Counted from the stretch's first letter, positions 1 to 9,213 are shown. The stretch is DNA of 21,923 nucleotides from Candidatus Zixiibacteriota bacterium (GCA_036170655.1 JAVHPP010000009.1:1-21923), one strand, 5' to 3'. The notes: a model not told the origin generated them from the letters alone. Made by a program: numbers and translations.

Positions 1-15
1 CATCGGACGCAAAGA

Positions 16-40
16 GGCTCGGCAGGAGCCTCGCCCTCCC
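16..40 (-). repeat. REP-like palindromic element (GGAG-type)
   Basis: Minus strand reads GGGAGGGCGAGGCTCCTGCCGAGCC: a GGAG tetranucleotide followed by an imperfect hairpin (GGCTC/GAGCC). Intergenic, single copy in the window. Confidence 0.45.
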
Positions 41-83
41 GAAGAATCGATGTTCGACCAATTGCTCATGAGAGGAGCCAGCC

Positions 84-500
84 ATGTTGAAGAAAATCTC
101 CCACGTTGCATTTGCCGTCGTCAATCTCGACCGCGCCTGCGATTTTTATCGTGATGTTCTCGGCGCCGAAATCATGGACCGAAAAATTGTCCCCGAACAG
201 AAAGCAGAGGTGGCCTTTGTCCGCCTCGGCGGAACAGCAAAGCTCGAATTGATCGCGCCGACGTCCGACGACTCTCCGGTCGGACGCTTTCTGCAGAAGC
301 ACGGACCAGGCATTCACCATGTGTGTTTCGAGGTGAATGACCTCGATCGTCATCTGGAGTTTCTGGCCGATCACGGTGTCAAACTGGTCGGAGAAAGGCC
401 GCATCAGGGCGCTGAGGGCGGCAAAATCGCGTTTCTCCATCCGAGTTCCACCTTGGGCGCGCTGGTGGAGTTGTGCGAGGCCCCCAATGAGTCAAAATGA
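84..500 (+). CDS. mce: methylmalonyl-CoA epimerase (VOC/glyoxalase fold)
   Basis: KKISHVAFAV, KLELIAP, GPGIHHVCFEV, GAEGGKIAFLHP and GALVELCE carry the His/Glu metal ligands of the MCE family. SD GAGGAG upstream. Confidence 0.88.
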   Translation: MLKKISHVAFAVVNLDRACDFYRDVLGAEIMDRKIVPEQKAEVAFVRLGGTAKLELIAPTSDDSPVGRFLQKHGPGIHHVCFEVNDLDRHLEFLADHGVKLVGERPHQGAEGGKIAFLHPSSTLGALVELCEAPNESK

Positions 501-514
501 ACGAACGTTCGTTC
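499..514. promoter_or_regulatory. perfect 16-bp palindrome, candidate TetR-family operator
   Basis: GAACGAACGTTCGTTC is its own reverse complement and lies just upstream of a putative promoter for the CoA-transferase genes. Confidence 0.55.
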
Positions 515-532
515 CGGCCATCGCGGCCCCCG

Positions 533-569
533 TTGATTGCCGGATGGATCGCACGTATTTTGCTATGCT
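533..569 (+). promoter_or_regulatory. putative sigma70 promoter for the scoA-scoB-thiolase-hbd genes
   Basis: TTGATT(533-538)-17 bp-TATTTT(556-561). An alternative extended -10, TGcTATGCT, lies at 561-569. Confidence 0.4.
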
Positions 570-629
570 CGAAGAGGGTGACGGCATGGACGAACTGGCC
601 GGAACGCGCTGGGAGAACGGGGTGACTGA

Positions 630-1355
630 ATGAACAAGGTCGTTGCCAACGCCGCCGAAGCGCTGCGAAAGGCCGGAGTCAAAGACAGCATGACGGTCAT
701 GGTCGGGGGATTCGGCCTGTGCGGCATCCCCGAATGCTTGATCGCCGCCCTGCGCGACAGCGGGGTGAAGAACCTGACCGTGATTTCCAACAATGCCGGC
801 ATCGATGATTTTGGTCTGGGCCTTCTCCTGCAGACGCGGCAGATCAAGAAAATGATCTCGACGTACGTCGGCGAGAACGCCATTTTCGAGCAGCAATACC
901 TCAAGGGCGAACTCGAGATCGAGTTTGTTCCCCAGGGGACATTCGCCGAACGCATCCGCGCGGGCGGGGCTGGAATTGTCGGGTTTTACACGCCGGCCGG
1001 AGTCGGCACGATCATCGCCAAGGGGAAGGAGACACGCGTCTTCGAAGGACGCGAGTACCTTCTGGAGCGAGGGCTGACCGCCGATCTGGCACTGGTCAAG
1101 GCCTTTCGCGGCGACAGATCGGGGAATCTTGTCTACCGCAAGACCGCGAGAAACTTCAACCCGATGATGGCGACGGCCGGACGGATTACCATCGCCGAAG
1201 TCGAGCATCTTGTCGATGTTGGCACTCTCGATCCGGATGGCATTCACACTCCTGGTATCTACGTGAACCACATTCTCCAGGGTGACCGCTACGAAAAACG
1301 CATCGAGCAACGGACCGTCCGCGAGGCCGTGACGACGGGAGGATCTTCACGTTGA
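630..1355 (+). CDS. scoA: 3-oxoacid (succinyl-CoA/acetoacetate) CoA-transferase subunit A
   Basis: [40 protein letters not shown] and RKTARNFNP family I CoA-transferase alpha motifs. Confidence 0.93.
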   Translation: MNKVVANAAEALRKAGVKDSMTVMVGGFGLCGIPECLIAALRDSGVKNLTVISNNAGIDDFGLGLLLQTRQIKKMISTYVGENAIFEQQYLKGELEIEFVPQGTFAERIRAGGAGIVGFYTPAGVGTIIAKGKETRVFEGREYLLERGLTADLALVKAFRGDRSGNLVYRKTARNFNPMMATAGRITIAEVEHLVDVGTLDPDGIHTPGIYVNHILQGDRYEKRIEQRTVREAVTTGGSSR

Positions 1356-2002
1356 AACCCATGGACCGAATCATCTGCCGCGCTGCCCGTGAACTCCGAG
1401 ATGGCTACTATGTCAATCTGGGGATTGGAATGCCGACCTTGGTGTCAAACTACATTCCTCCAGGAATGGATATTGTCCTTCAATCCGAGAACGGGATGCT
1501 TGGCATCGGACCGTTCCCGATCACGGGTGAAGAAGACGCCGATTTGATCAACGCCGGAAAGCAGACCATCTCCGAGATGCCGGGCACGTCTTATTTTTCT
1601 TCCGCCGACTCATTCGCCATGATCCGTGGCGGGAAGATTGACATAACGATTCTTGGCGCGATGCAAGTCTCGCAGTATGGCGATCTCGCCAACTGGATGA
1701 TTCCCGGCAAGATGATCAAGGGGATGGGGGGCGCCATGGACCTGGTGGCGGGCGCCCGGGAAGTCGTGGTGACCATGACGCACACCGCCAAGGACGGCTC
1801 GCACAAGATTCTCACGGAGTGCACGCTCCCGCTCACCGGCAAACGTGTTGTTGACATGATTATTACCGAGTTTGCGGTATTCTTAGTCGGAGATAATGGT
1901 CTGACACTGACAGAGAAGGCGGCTGATGTGACTCTCGATCAACTTCATTCCATGACCGGCTGCGAGTTCGCCGTCGCGGAGAAACTGGCTGTATTGGCAT
2001 GA
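1352..2002 (+). CDS. scoB: 3-oxoacid CoA-transferase subunit B
   Basis: [15 protein letters not shown] (catalytic Glu), [15 protein letters not shown] and [11 protein letters not shown] start overlaps the scoA stop; SD GGAGGA upstream (ATG 1361 is an alternative start). Confidence 0.93.
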   Translation: MKPMDRIICRAARELRDGYYVNLGIGMPTLVSNYIPPGMDIVLQSENGMLGIGPFPITGEEDADLINAGKQTISEMPGTSYFSSADSFAMIRGGKIDITILGAMQVSQYGDLANWMIPGKMIKGMGGAMDLVAGAREVVVTMTHTAKDGSHKILTECTLPLTGKRVVDMIITEFAVFLVGDNGLTLTEKAADVTLDQLHSMTGCEFAVAEKLAVLA

Positions 2003-2059
2003 TGCCCGGTGTCAGCGATGCTCTGTCTGAGCGTGCCTTTGTTACAGGAGGAATGAAAT

Positions 2060-3256
2060 ATGTCCAGTCCACAGAATGAAGCTGTGATACTTGCCGCCTG
2101 CCGCACGGCCATCGGCAATTATCAGGGATCGTTGTCGGGATTGCCCGCGACCCGTTTGGGCGCTCTGGTCATTGCCGAGGCGCTCAGACGCAGCGGCGTC
2201 AAAGAGGATGACATCGACGAAGTCATTTTCGGGCAGGTCGTCCAAGCCGGATCCGGCCAGGCGCCCGCACGCCAGGCGGCCATTCATGGTGGCGTGCCGT
2301 CCTTTGTCGGATGTACGACCATCAATAAGGTCTGCGGCTCCGGGCTGAAGGCCGTGATGCTGGCAGCCCAGTCAATCCGCGCGGGCGACCAGCAACTGGT
2401 GGTCGCCGGCGGGATGGAGTCCATGTCCAATACGCCGTTTGTTCTCCACGGGGCCAAGAAAGGACTGCGATTCGGCGATCAGATACTCAAGGACTCGATG
2501 GTGCTGGATGGACTGTGGGATTCATTCAACAATTTCCACATGGGATGCGCGGCCGAACTGACCGCGCGCAAGTCCAACATCACCCGTCAGGATCAGGATG
2601 AATTCTCCGTCGGTTCGCATCAAAAAGCGCTGGCCGCCATTGCCGCAGGCAAGTTCAAATCCGAGATCGTCCCGGTTGAGATTCCCCAGAAGAAGGGCAA
2701 TCCCGTGAAGTACGAAATCGACGAGTGCCCCCGCCCCGGTACCACGCTTGAGACACTGGCCAGACTGAAACCCGCATTCGAGAAAGACGGTACGGTGACC
2801 GCTGGCAACGCCCCCGGGCTCAATGATGGCGCCTCCGCTGTCATCGTCGCCTCCCGTTCCTACACCGCCGCCCATGGCCACAAGCCGCTGGCGCGCATTG
2901 TTGATTACGCCACTCACGGGACGGACCCCGAGTTGCTCTTTTACGCGCCCATTTATGCGGTGCGCAAGTTGTGCAAGCAGATGGGCGTTGCCATCGGCCA
3001 CTTCGATCTGATCGAAGCGAATGAAGCCTTCGCCGTGCAGGCCATTGCGGACGGCCGCGAATTGGGCTGGGATTGGAGCCGCGTCAACGTCCACGGCGGC
3101 GCGGTTGCTTTGGGGCACCCGATCGGCGCCTCTGGCGCCAGGATTCTGACCACGCTGATCTATGCTCTGAAAGACCGTGGCCTGAAGCGGGGCCTTGCCA
3201 CACTGTGCCTGGGTGGCGGCAACGCTGTCGCCATGGCCATCGAACTGGAGAATTGA
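2060..3256 (+). CDS. atoB: acetyl-CoA C-acetyltransferase (thiolase)
   Basis: INKVCGSG (catalytic Cys), [20 protein letters not shown] and LCLGGG. SD AGGAGG. Confidence 0.95.
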   Translation: MSSPQNEAVILAACRTAIGNYQGSLSGLPATRLGALVIAEALRRSGVKEDDIDEVIFGQVVQAGSGQAPARQAAIHGGVPSFVGCTTINKVCGSGLKAVMLAAQSIRAGDQQLVVAGGMESMSNTPFVLHGAKKGLRFGDQILKDSMVLDGLWDSFNNFHMGCAAELTARKSNITRQDQDEFSVGSHQKALAAIAAGKFKSEIVPVEIPQKKGNPVKYEIDECPRPGTTLETLARLKPAFEKDGTVTAGNAPGLNDGASAVIVASRSYTAAHGHKPLARIVDYATHGTDPELLFYAPIYAVRKLCKQMGVAIGHFDLIEANEAFAVQAIADGRELGWDWSRVNVHGGAVALGHPIGASGARILTTLIYALKDRGLKRGLATLCLGGGNAVAMAIELEN

Positions 3257-3320
3257 GTTTTGTCGCGTGCGTGCCGCGCGTCTTTTGCTGAAAGCGCTCG
3301 GTCCATTGATGGTATCTCAC

Positions 3321-4181
3321 ATGTCCTCTGAACACATCCAGTCAGTTGCCGTGTACGGTGCCGGAACCATGGGCAACGGCATCGCCCATGTTCTGGCGCA
3401 GCACGCGCTTCGAGTCACGCTGATCGACACCGCACAACCGTTGCTTGATCGTGCGTTGCGAACCATTGCCGCCAACCTGGACCGCCAGGTCAAGAAGGGT
3501 GTGATCACCTCGGCCGACAAAGAGGTGACTCTCGCTCATATCCGGACCTCGACCAAGGCGGACGCTGCCACGAGTGCCGAATTGGTAATCGAGGCCGTCT
3601 TCGAGGACCTCGACACGAAGCTGAAACTGTTCTCCACTCTGGATCAGTCGTGCCCGACGGAAACGATCTTTGCCTCCAACACATCATCACTCCCGATCAC
3701 CCGCCTCGCCTCGGCTACACGACGGGCCGAGCGTTTCATCGGCATGCACTTCATGAATCCGGTGCCGGTGATGACGCTGGTCGAGATCATCCGAGGGTAT
3801 CGAACCTCTGACGAAACATACCAGATCGTGGCCGATTTGTGCCGGCGGCTTGGCAAGACCGGCGTCGAAGTCAACGACTTCCCCGGTTTTGTTTCGAACC
3901 GGGTGTTGATGCCGATGATCAACGAGGCAATCTACTGCGTCATGGAAGGTGTTGCGCAACCGTCGGCGGTCGACGAAATCATGAAGCTCGGGATGGCGCA
4001 CCCCATGGGCCCCCTGACCTTGGCCGATTTTATTGGTTTGGATGTCTGTTTGTCGATCATGAACGTTATGTACGACGGATTGGGCGATCCCAAGTATCGT
4101 CCCTGTCCGTTGCTGAAGAAAATGGTCCAGGCCGGGTTTCTGGGCCGGAAAACGAAGCGCGGCTTTTACATCTATGAATAG
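3321..4181 (+). CDS. hbd: 3-hydroxybutyryl-CoA dehydrogenase
   Basis: [11 protein letters not shown]ossmann motif, IEAVFE, ASNTSS, GMHFMNP, PGFVSNR and [15 protein letters not shown]. Start is ATG 3321 or 3309; the ORF-track start at 3195 overlaps the thiolase. Confidence 0.93.
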   Translation: MSSEHIQSVAVYGAGTMGNGIAHVLAQHALRVTLIDTAQPLLDRALRTIAANLDRQVKKGVITSADKEVTLAHIRTSTKADAATSAELVIEAVFEDLDTKLKLFSTLDQSCPTETIFASNTSSLPITRLASATRRAERFIGMHFMNPVPVMTLVEIIRGYRTSDETYQIVADLCRRLGKTGVEVNDFPGFVSNRVLMPMINEAIYCVMEGVAQPSAVDEIMKLGMAHPMGPLTLADFIGLDVCLSIMNVMYDGLGDPKYRPCPLLKKMVQAGFLGRKTKRGFYIYE

Positions 4182-4198
4182 GACGTTGTGTGAACGTT

Positions 4199-4279
4199 GT
4201 AGCACGGGCGTCCCGCCCGTGGCTTTTGGATGGGAAGACTGATCGCAAGATGATAAGATACACGGGTCAGAGGCCCGCG
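4199..4279 (+). repeat. GTAG-type REP (4199-4223) with degenerate inverted partner (4261-4279)
   Basis: GTAG-CACGGGCG-TCC-CGCCCGTG-GC forms a perfect 8-bp stem and is identical over 25 nt to 14923-14947. The partner CACGGGTCAGAGGCCCGCG matches the reverse-complement core at 14/19. Confidence 0.8.
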
Positions 4280-4316
4280 GCGTAGATGTTCACAGAGACA
4301 ATCCGGGAGATGATCC

Positions 4317-5462
4317 GTGTTTGATGCAACACTCACAGAGGAACAACGACTCTTTCGCGATGCGGCGCGCGAATTCGCGCAGAAACGTCTTTACCCCAAC
4401 GCCGAACGCTTTGATCGCGAGGAACGTCTGCCGGATGATCTTCTGGCCGAACTCGGGGAATTGGGATACCTCGGTATGCTCGTGCCGGAGGAGTACGGTG
4501 GGATGGGACTCGGCCCCATCGAGCATGCCCTGGTGCTCGAGGAGTTTGCGCGCGCCTGCGCCGGGCTGGCCATCACGGTGTCGGTGCACAATGCGCTGGT
4601 CTGCGGCGCCATCGTGCGCTTTGGCAGCGAAGCGCAGAAAAAGCAGTTCCTGCCCCGGCTTGCGGCTGGCGAGATCGGCGCCTACGCGCTAACTGAGGCG
4701 AATGCGGGAACCGACGCGGCTTCGATTCGTCTCGCGGCAGTGGGTCAGGGTGACCATTATGTGCTCAACGGAATGAAGGCGTTCGTCACATCGGCGGATT
4801 ACGCCAAACTCTATCTTGTCTTTGTGTCGACAGCGCCCGAGGCCGGGTCGAAAGGTCTCTCGGCGTTGATCGTCGAACGCCAAACGCCGGGGATGGAGAT
4901 CGGCAAGGCCGAACGCAAGCTCGGCATCAGGTCGTCGGACACACGCACGCTTGGATTCACGGATGCCCGTGTGCCAAAAGCCAACCGACTGGGTGCGGAA
5001 GGGGATGGGCTGAAGATTGCCCTCACACAACTCGACTATGGACGTATCGGTGTGGCGGTTCAAGCGCTCGGCATTGGCGAGGCGGCGCTGGTTGAGTCGC
5101 GCAAATATGCGAAGGAGCGGCAGCAGTTCGGCCGGCCGATTGCTGAGTTCCAGGCGATTGCCTTCAAGCTCGCCGACATGCGTCTCAAGCTGGATGCGTC
5201 GCGGCTCCTGCTCGGTCGTGCGTTGCGCAAAATGGCGGCTGGTGAGCGGTTCACCACCGAGGCCGCCGAAGCCAAACTCTTCGCTTCCGAAACCGCCAAC
5301 TGGGTGGCCAACGAAGCCGTTCAAATTCATGGGGGCTACGGTTACATGAAGGAATACCCGGTCGAGCGCTACTTCCGCGATGCGCGGATCACCGAAATCT
5401 ACGAAGGGACGTCTGAGGCGCAACGCATCGTCATCTCGCGGGCCGTCCTCAGCGAATCATAA
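4317..5462 (+). CDS. acyl-CoA dehydrogenase (short/branched-chain, butyryl-CoA DH-like), canonical subunit
   Basis: YALTEANAGTDA, KAFVT, KLGIRSSDT, ERQQFG, QIHGGYGY and IYEGTSE (catalytic Glu). GTG start with SD GGGAG. Confidence 0.93.
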   Translation: MFDATLTEEQRLFRDAAREFAQKRLYPNAERFDREERLPDDLLAELGELGYLGMLVPEEYGGMGLGPIEHALVLEEFARACAGLAITVSVHNALVCGAIVRFGSEAQKKQFLPRLAAGEIGAYALTEANAGTDAASIRLAAVGQGDHYVLNGMKAFVTSADYAKLYLVFVSTAPEAGSKGLSALIVERQTPGMEIGKAERKLGIRSSDTRTLGFTDARVPKANRLGAEGDGLKIALTQLDYGRIGVAVQALGIGEAALVESRKYAKERQQFGRPIAEFQAIAFKLADMRLKLDASRLLLGRALRKMAAGERFTTEAAEAKLFASETANWVANEAVQIHGGYGYMKEYPVERYFRDARITEIYEGTSEAQRIVISRAVLSES

Positions 5463-5464
5463 TC

Positions 5465-6664
5465 ATGTGGTGGGACAAACGAATCGAAGAGTTCCGTCGG
5501 GAAATCCGCACCTTCGCCGACGCGGTCGTCGCGCCCGCGGCCGACCGCATGGATGTGACGGCTGTCTTTGAGCCGGAGCTTCTGGCGCAGATGCGCGAAC
5601 GCAAGCTCTTATCGCTTTTGTGTCCCGTGGAATACGGCGGGCCGCAGTTCGACACGCTGACCTATGCTGTCGCTGTGGAGGAACTCAGCCGCGTCTGCGG
5701 TTCCACCGGCATCATGGTCGCCGCCGCCAACTCACTGGGTGTCTATCCTGTCAGCGTGTTTGGCTCCAAGGCCCAGCGCGAGGCCGTCCTGACCAACGTG
5801 GCCAGAAATGGCTCGATCATTTCGTTCGGGCTGACCGAGCCCGGCGCCGGATCTGATGCCGGCGGGACCAAAACCACCGCAGTGCGCGATGGAGATTTCT
5901 GGGCGCTCAATGGATCCAAGTGTTTCATTACCAATCCTCACTATGCTGACTGGATCATCGCGACCGCCGTCACTCAGCCGGGGAAAGGGGCTCATGGCAT
6001 CTCGTCTTTTCTGCTCCCGAAGGACACGCCCGGATTCTCGGTCGGGAAGAGGGAAAACAAACTCGGTCTGCGCGGGTCTGACACAGCGACCCTCCACTTT
6101 GACAATGTGCGCCTTCCTCTCGATGCCATGCTCGGTCCCGAAGGGGAGGGGTTCAAGCAGTTTATGAAGACGTTGGATGGCGGACGCATTTCCATTGGCG
6201 CCATGGCCTTGGGATTGGCTCAAGGATCACTTGAAATTGCGGCACGTTACATCTTGGACGACACACGCTTGGGCGGACTACTTGGCAAACAGCAGGCGAT
6301 CCAGTTCAAGCTCGCCGACATGGCCGCTCAAGTTGAAGCGGCGCGTCATTTGGTCTACCATGCGGCCTATCTCAAAGATCAGGGGGAACCGTTTGCCAAG
6401 CAGTCGGCGATGGCCAAACTCTACGCCTCCGAAGTCGGACATTACTGCAGTACCCAAGCCATTCAGATTCTCGGATTCTCCGGCTTGATGGCGTCGAGGC
6501 GTGTCGAACGGCATTTCCGCGATGTCAAACTCTGCGAGATCGGCGAAGGAACTTCGGAGATCCAGCGGCTCGTCATTTCGCGCCAGGTTCTCAAAGAGTT
6601 CGAAGCCGCTATGGATATTCCCGCCGCCGCTGTGAAGCAATACCAATACGATAAGGCACGATAG
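5465..6664 (+). CDS. acyl-CoA dehydrogenase, divergent subunit
   Basis: FGLTEPGAGSDAG, KCFITN, KLGLRGSDT, LDGGRISIGA and IGEGTSEIQR are intact, but the RxQFG and QxxGGxG motifs are altered. Starts 2 bp after the previous stop. Confidence 0.9.
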   Translation: MWWDKRIEEFRREIRTFADAVVAPAADRMDVTAVFEPELLAQMRERKLLSLLCPVEYGGPQFDTLTYAVAVEELSRVCGSTGIMVAAANSLGVYPVSVFGSKAQREAVLTNVARNGSIISFGLTEPGAGSDAGGTKTTAVRDGDFWALNGSKCFITNPHYADWIIATAVTQPGKGAHGISSFLLPKDTPGFSVGKRENKLGLRGSDTATLHFDNVRLPLDAMLGPEGEGFKQFMKTLDGGRISIGAMALGLAQGSLEIAARYILDDTRLGGLLGKQQAIQFKLADMAAQVEAARHLVYHAAYLKDQGEPFAKQSAMAKLYASEVGHYCSTQAIQILGFSGLMASRRVERHFRDVKLCEIGEGTSEIQRLVISRQVLKEFEAAMDIPAAAVKQYQYDKAR

Positions 6665-6682
6665 ACCCTGCGGGTCCTCAAT

Positions 6683-6871
6683 GACGACCCGCCCCGAATC
6701 ATTCAACCGCATTTCCCCATCCACGATTTCCCCAAATAGACACGCCCGGTCCTGGGCGCAGATGGTCACGAAATACGCCCCGGCTTGTGAATAATCGTAT
6801 CCGTGCAGGCAGATGGAACGGCGGTTTCGTCGGGTCGAAAAATCTTTCGCCCCTGCACTATCTTTCTTCAC
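6683..6871 (-). pseudogene. truncated REP-associated tyrosine transposase (RAYT, IS200/Y1 HUH superfamily), N-terminal fragment
   Basis: RRSICLHGYDYSQAGAYFVTICAQDRACLFGEIVDGEMRLNDSGRVV is the typical RAYT N-terminus. Similarity stops before the HUH motif, and the frame then runs antisense into the acyl-CoA dehydrogenase. Confidence 0.8.
6829..6856. repeat. degenerate REP palindrome at the 5' end of the RAYT remnant
   Basis: GTCGGGTCGAAAAATCTTTCGCCCCTGC is an imperfect palindrome resembling GTAGGGGCGAAA-n-TTTCGCCCCTAC. Confidence 0.6.
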
Positions 6872-6946
6872 AACGCGCTCGCATTTATCCGCCCAAGGTC
6901 AGTGGCACCCCGGCGTGAGAGGACAAACCGCCCCCCTTCCCCGCGT

Positions 6947-7309
6947 CTACTTCCCAACGATCATCTTCACCGCCACGACAAGCAACACGACCCCGAATAT
7001 CCGCCGCAAGAGATCGTTGGAAAGGCCGACAGCCACCTTGGCGCCGAAATACCCGCCGATGATGAATCCCAGACAGACGAAAGCGGCGATCCGGAGGTCC
7101 ACAAATCCCTTCTCGTAATAAGTCCATGCCGCTAAGATGCCGATCGGAGGGACCATCAGCGCCAGCGTTGTCCCCTGCGCCTGCTGCTGAGTGAGACCGA
7201 AGAGAATGACGAGCGCCGGGACGATGATGATACCGCCCCCGATGCCAATCAAGCCGCTGAGGATCCCGGCCGCCAGCCCCAGAATCAGATAGAGCGCGAT
7301 GCTACCCAT
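6947..7309 (-). CDS. half-size TauE/SafE (TSUP) family membrane protein
   Basis: GLAAGILSGLIGIGGGIIIVPAL and QQQAQGTTLA; about four hydrophobic helices; SD AGGAGG. Confidence 0.85.
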   Translation of the reverse strand: MGSIALYLILGLAAGILSGLIGIGGGIIIVPALVILFGLTQQQAQGTTLALMVPPIGILAAWTYYEKGFVDLRIAAFVCLGFIIGGYFGAKVAVGLSNDLLRRIFGVVLLVVAVKMIVGK

Positions 7310-7397
7310 GTCGGTTGTCCTCCTGCAAGTTACGCGAATCGTGTCCGGCCAACCGTGACGGGGGCGAAGCCCGCGATCAGATGGGGATCACCTGCTT

Positions 7398-8549
7398 TCA
7401 CAACAGATCGAACGAGTCGACCGCCTTGCACTTGGGGCAGTGCCAGGCGGGCTCATCAACAGTATGCCCGCAACGCCGGCAGGTGTAGCCGCGACGGTGA
7501 AAGGGAGTGGTCTCCAGCAACAGGTCGATCTCGCCGGAGGCGTCTCGCAGTCGCTTCTGTTCGACCAGCACACGGACGATCCCGGCGCGGGCCGCCACAT
7601 TGTCGGCATCGATATCAAGGACGTGGCGAAATTGAGTGAGCGCATTGTCGTATTCACCCTTCTTCAACGCCAGCTCGGCCAAACCCAGAAGCGCGCCCGC
7701 GTTCTTGGGGTCCACGTCGAGGGTGCGCTCGTAGACATGGGTGATCTCGCCATACTGACCCATCTCGAAAAACGCCTTCCGCAGGCGTTCGAAGACGACA
7801 TGCGCCATCTTGGGTTCGGTCTCCGTGAACTGCGTCCACCATTCAACCGCATCCTGGTGACGTCCTTCTTTCCAATAAGAATCGCCAAGGTACAGCAGCG
7901 CCGGCAGGCATTTCGCATCATGATTCAGGGCGTCCTTATAGTTCAAACGCGCCTCGTGACCCTTGCCATTGGCGGCCACCTTGATTCCCGCGAGGACCTT
8001 GTACAGCGCCAGAATGTGGCCATCGGTCTGCCCGGCGCGCTTGAGCGCGTCGCGTCGCGTCTCATACGCCTCGTCGAAACGCCCGTTCTCTTCCATGAGA
8101 CGCACCAGCTTTTCGGTTGCCCACTGATGATCCTTGTCCAGCTCCATGATCTTCCGCAGGGCGCTTTCCGCTTCTTGCGTCTTGCCGGCCGCCAGATAGT
8201 CCTGCGCGAGCGACTTCTGCACGGCGATGGCGTCGGCCTTGGGCAGCCCCAGACGCAGGGTCAGATCCTCGTGGACACGGATCGCCCGGTCGTGCCGTCC
8301 ACGGCGGCGCAACAAATCGCCCAATTTCAAATACGCATCGAGGTAGTTCGAGTCCTCGGTGACCACCGCCTTCAGCCGCTCGAATGCGGTGTGGTCATCT
8401 CCGTCGACAATGGCTCGCAGCGCCTCCATGTACAGACGCGGCGCCTGGGATGCCCGCCGTCTCTGCGTGCGTGTCCAAAGGATCGCCGCACCGGCGACCC
8501 CCAACGCCACTGCCCAGAACAGGATGAGTCCGTACCCGGTCAAGTCCAT
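7398..8549 (-). CDS. lapB: lipopolysaccharide assembly protein B-like (N-terminal TM, TPR repeats, C-terminal rubredoxin-like metal site)
   Basis: N-terminal TM anchor, AYLKLGDLLRRRGRHDRAIRVHEDL, TPR repeats and C-terminal YTCRRCG...WHCPKC. Lies downstream of lapA. Confidence 0.82.
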   Translation of the reverse strand: MDLTGYGLILFWAVALGVAGAAILWTRTQRRRASQAPRLYMEALRAIVDGDDHTAFERLKAVVTEDSNYLDAYLKLGDLLRRRGRHDRAIRVHEDLTLRLGLPKADAIAVQKSLAQDYLAAGKTQEAESALRKIMELDKDHQWATEKLVRLMEENGRFDEAYETRRDALKRAGQTDGHILALYKVLAGIKVAANGKGHEARLNYKDALNHDAKCLPALLYLGDSYWKEGRHQDAVEWWTQFTETEPKMAHVVFERLRKAFFEMGQYGEITHVYERTLDVDPKNAGALLGLAELALKKGEYDNALTQFRHVLDIDADNVAARAGIVRVLVEQKRLRDASGEIDLLLETTPFHRRGYTCRRCGHTVDEPAWHCPKCKAVDSFDLL

Positions 8550-8657
8550 TGTCTTTTGTCCCTGTGGTCGGTTGTTGCGCGGAACCCCTTGCTGGTTGCG
8601 CGTCTCTGGTCCAGTCCCGGACCGGGGCGGAGCGGCGTGAAAATCATCGTCACCATG

Positions 8658-8957
8658 TCACAATTCATCCAAGTCTCCGATGGTCCGGTTGCGCAACGCT
8701 GTCAGCTCCGATTCGAGCCGCCGCTTTTCGCGGCGTTCGGCGCGACGGTCGGCCTGCAACTTGAGGATGTACGTGACCCCGAGGATCAAGGCCGCAATCA
8801 TTCCGGCCAGAAACGACCAGTAAACCACCACGACTACCGGCACATTATATTGCCAGCGGATCAGGTCCACATCCACACGCGGCCCCGCATTGTAAATGGA
8901 AAACCCGATGACAATCGCGACAACGATCAATATGAGAATCGTCCGCAGAATCCCCAT
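8658..8957 (-). CDS. lapA: LapA family small membrane protein
   Basis: Two TM segments, FSIYN..RVDVDL and a C-terminal coiled coil ending LESELTALRN. SD GGGAGG; adjacent to lapB. Confidence 0.8.
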   Translation of the reverse strand: MGILRTILILIVVAIVIGFSIYNAGPRVDVDLIRWQYNVPVVVVVYWSFLAGMIAALILGVTYILKLQADRRAERREKRRLESELTALRNRTIGDLDEL

Positions 8958-8980
8958 GGCGCCTCCCCGGCTTTCGAGGC

Positions 8981-9009
8981 AGTTTACACCCCGCGGAGAG
9001 AGACGTCAA
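8981..9009 (-). promoter_or_regulatory. putative sigma70 promoter of lapAB
   Basis: Minus strand TTGACG(9009-9004)-17 bp-TAAACT(8986-8981). Confidence 0.6.
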
Positions 9010-9141
9010 CCCAAAAGAGTCGGGGTGCTCTCCAACGGAGGAAAACGCGACGCGGGATGCGGCAGAAATACTGGTTGAACCTACCCCGGTCGGCGTCGTA
9101 TATCGTCTCTGCGTTCAGCCCCGTTGGGCTGAGCGCGCCAC

Positions 9142-9213
9142 GCCCCCGTGGTGTAAAGGATAACGCACCAGCCTCCGGAGCTGGGAATCCGGGTTCAATT
9201 CCCGGCGGGGGTA
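9142..9213 (+). tRNA. tRNA-Arg (anticodon CCG), CCA not encoded
   Basis: Acceptor stem GCCCCCG/CGGGGGT plus discriminator A; anticodon arm CCAGC-CTCCGGA-GCTGG; T arm CCGGG-TTCAATT-CCCGG. Confidence 0.95.

Noticed and set aside
487..633. Small ORF (29-48 aa) whose stop overlaps the scoA ATG
   Set aside because: No SD, it overlaps the putative operator and promoter, and scoA has its own SD-like GGGGTG. It cannot be excluded, but nothing supports it.
6278..6682. C-terminal part of the 197-aa ORF containing the RAYT fragment
   Set aside because: Runs antisense through the acyl-CoA dehydrogenase and has no HUH or Tyr motif, so it is not an intact transposase.
8600..8660. Selenocysteine recoding at the lapA TGA
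   Set aside because: The position is not a Cys-equivalent catalytic site, and the downstream hairpin is not a convincing bacterial SECIS.
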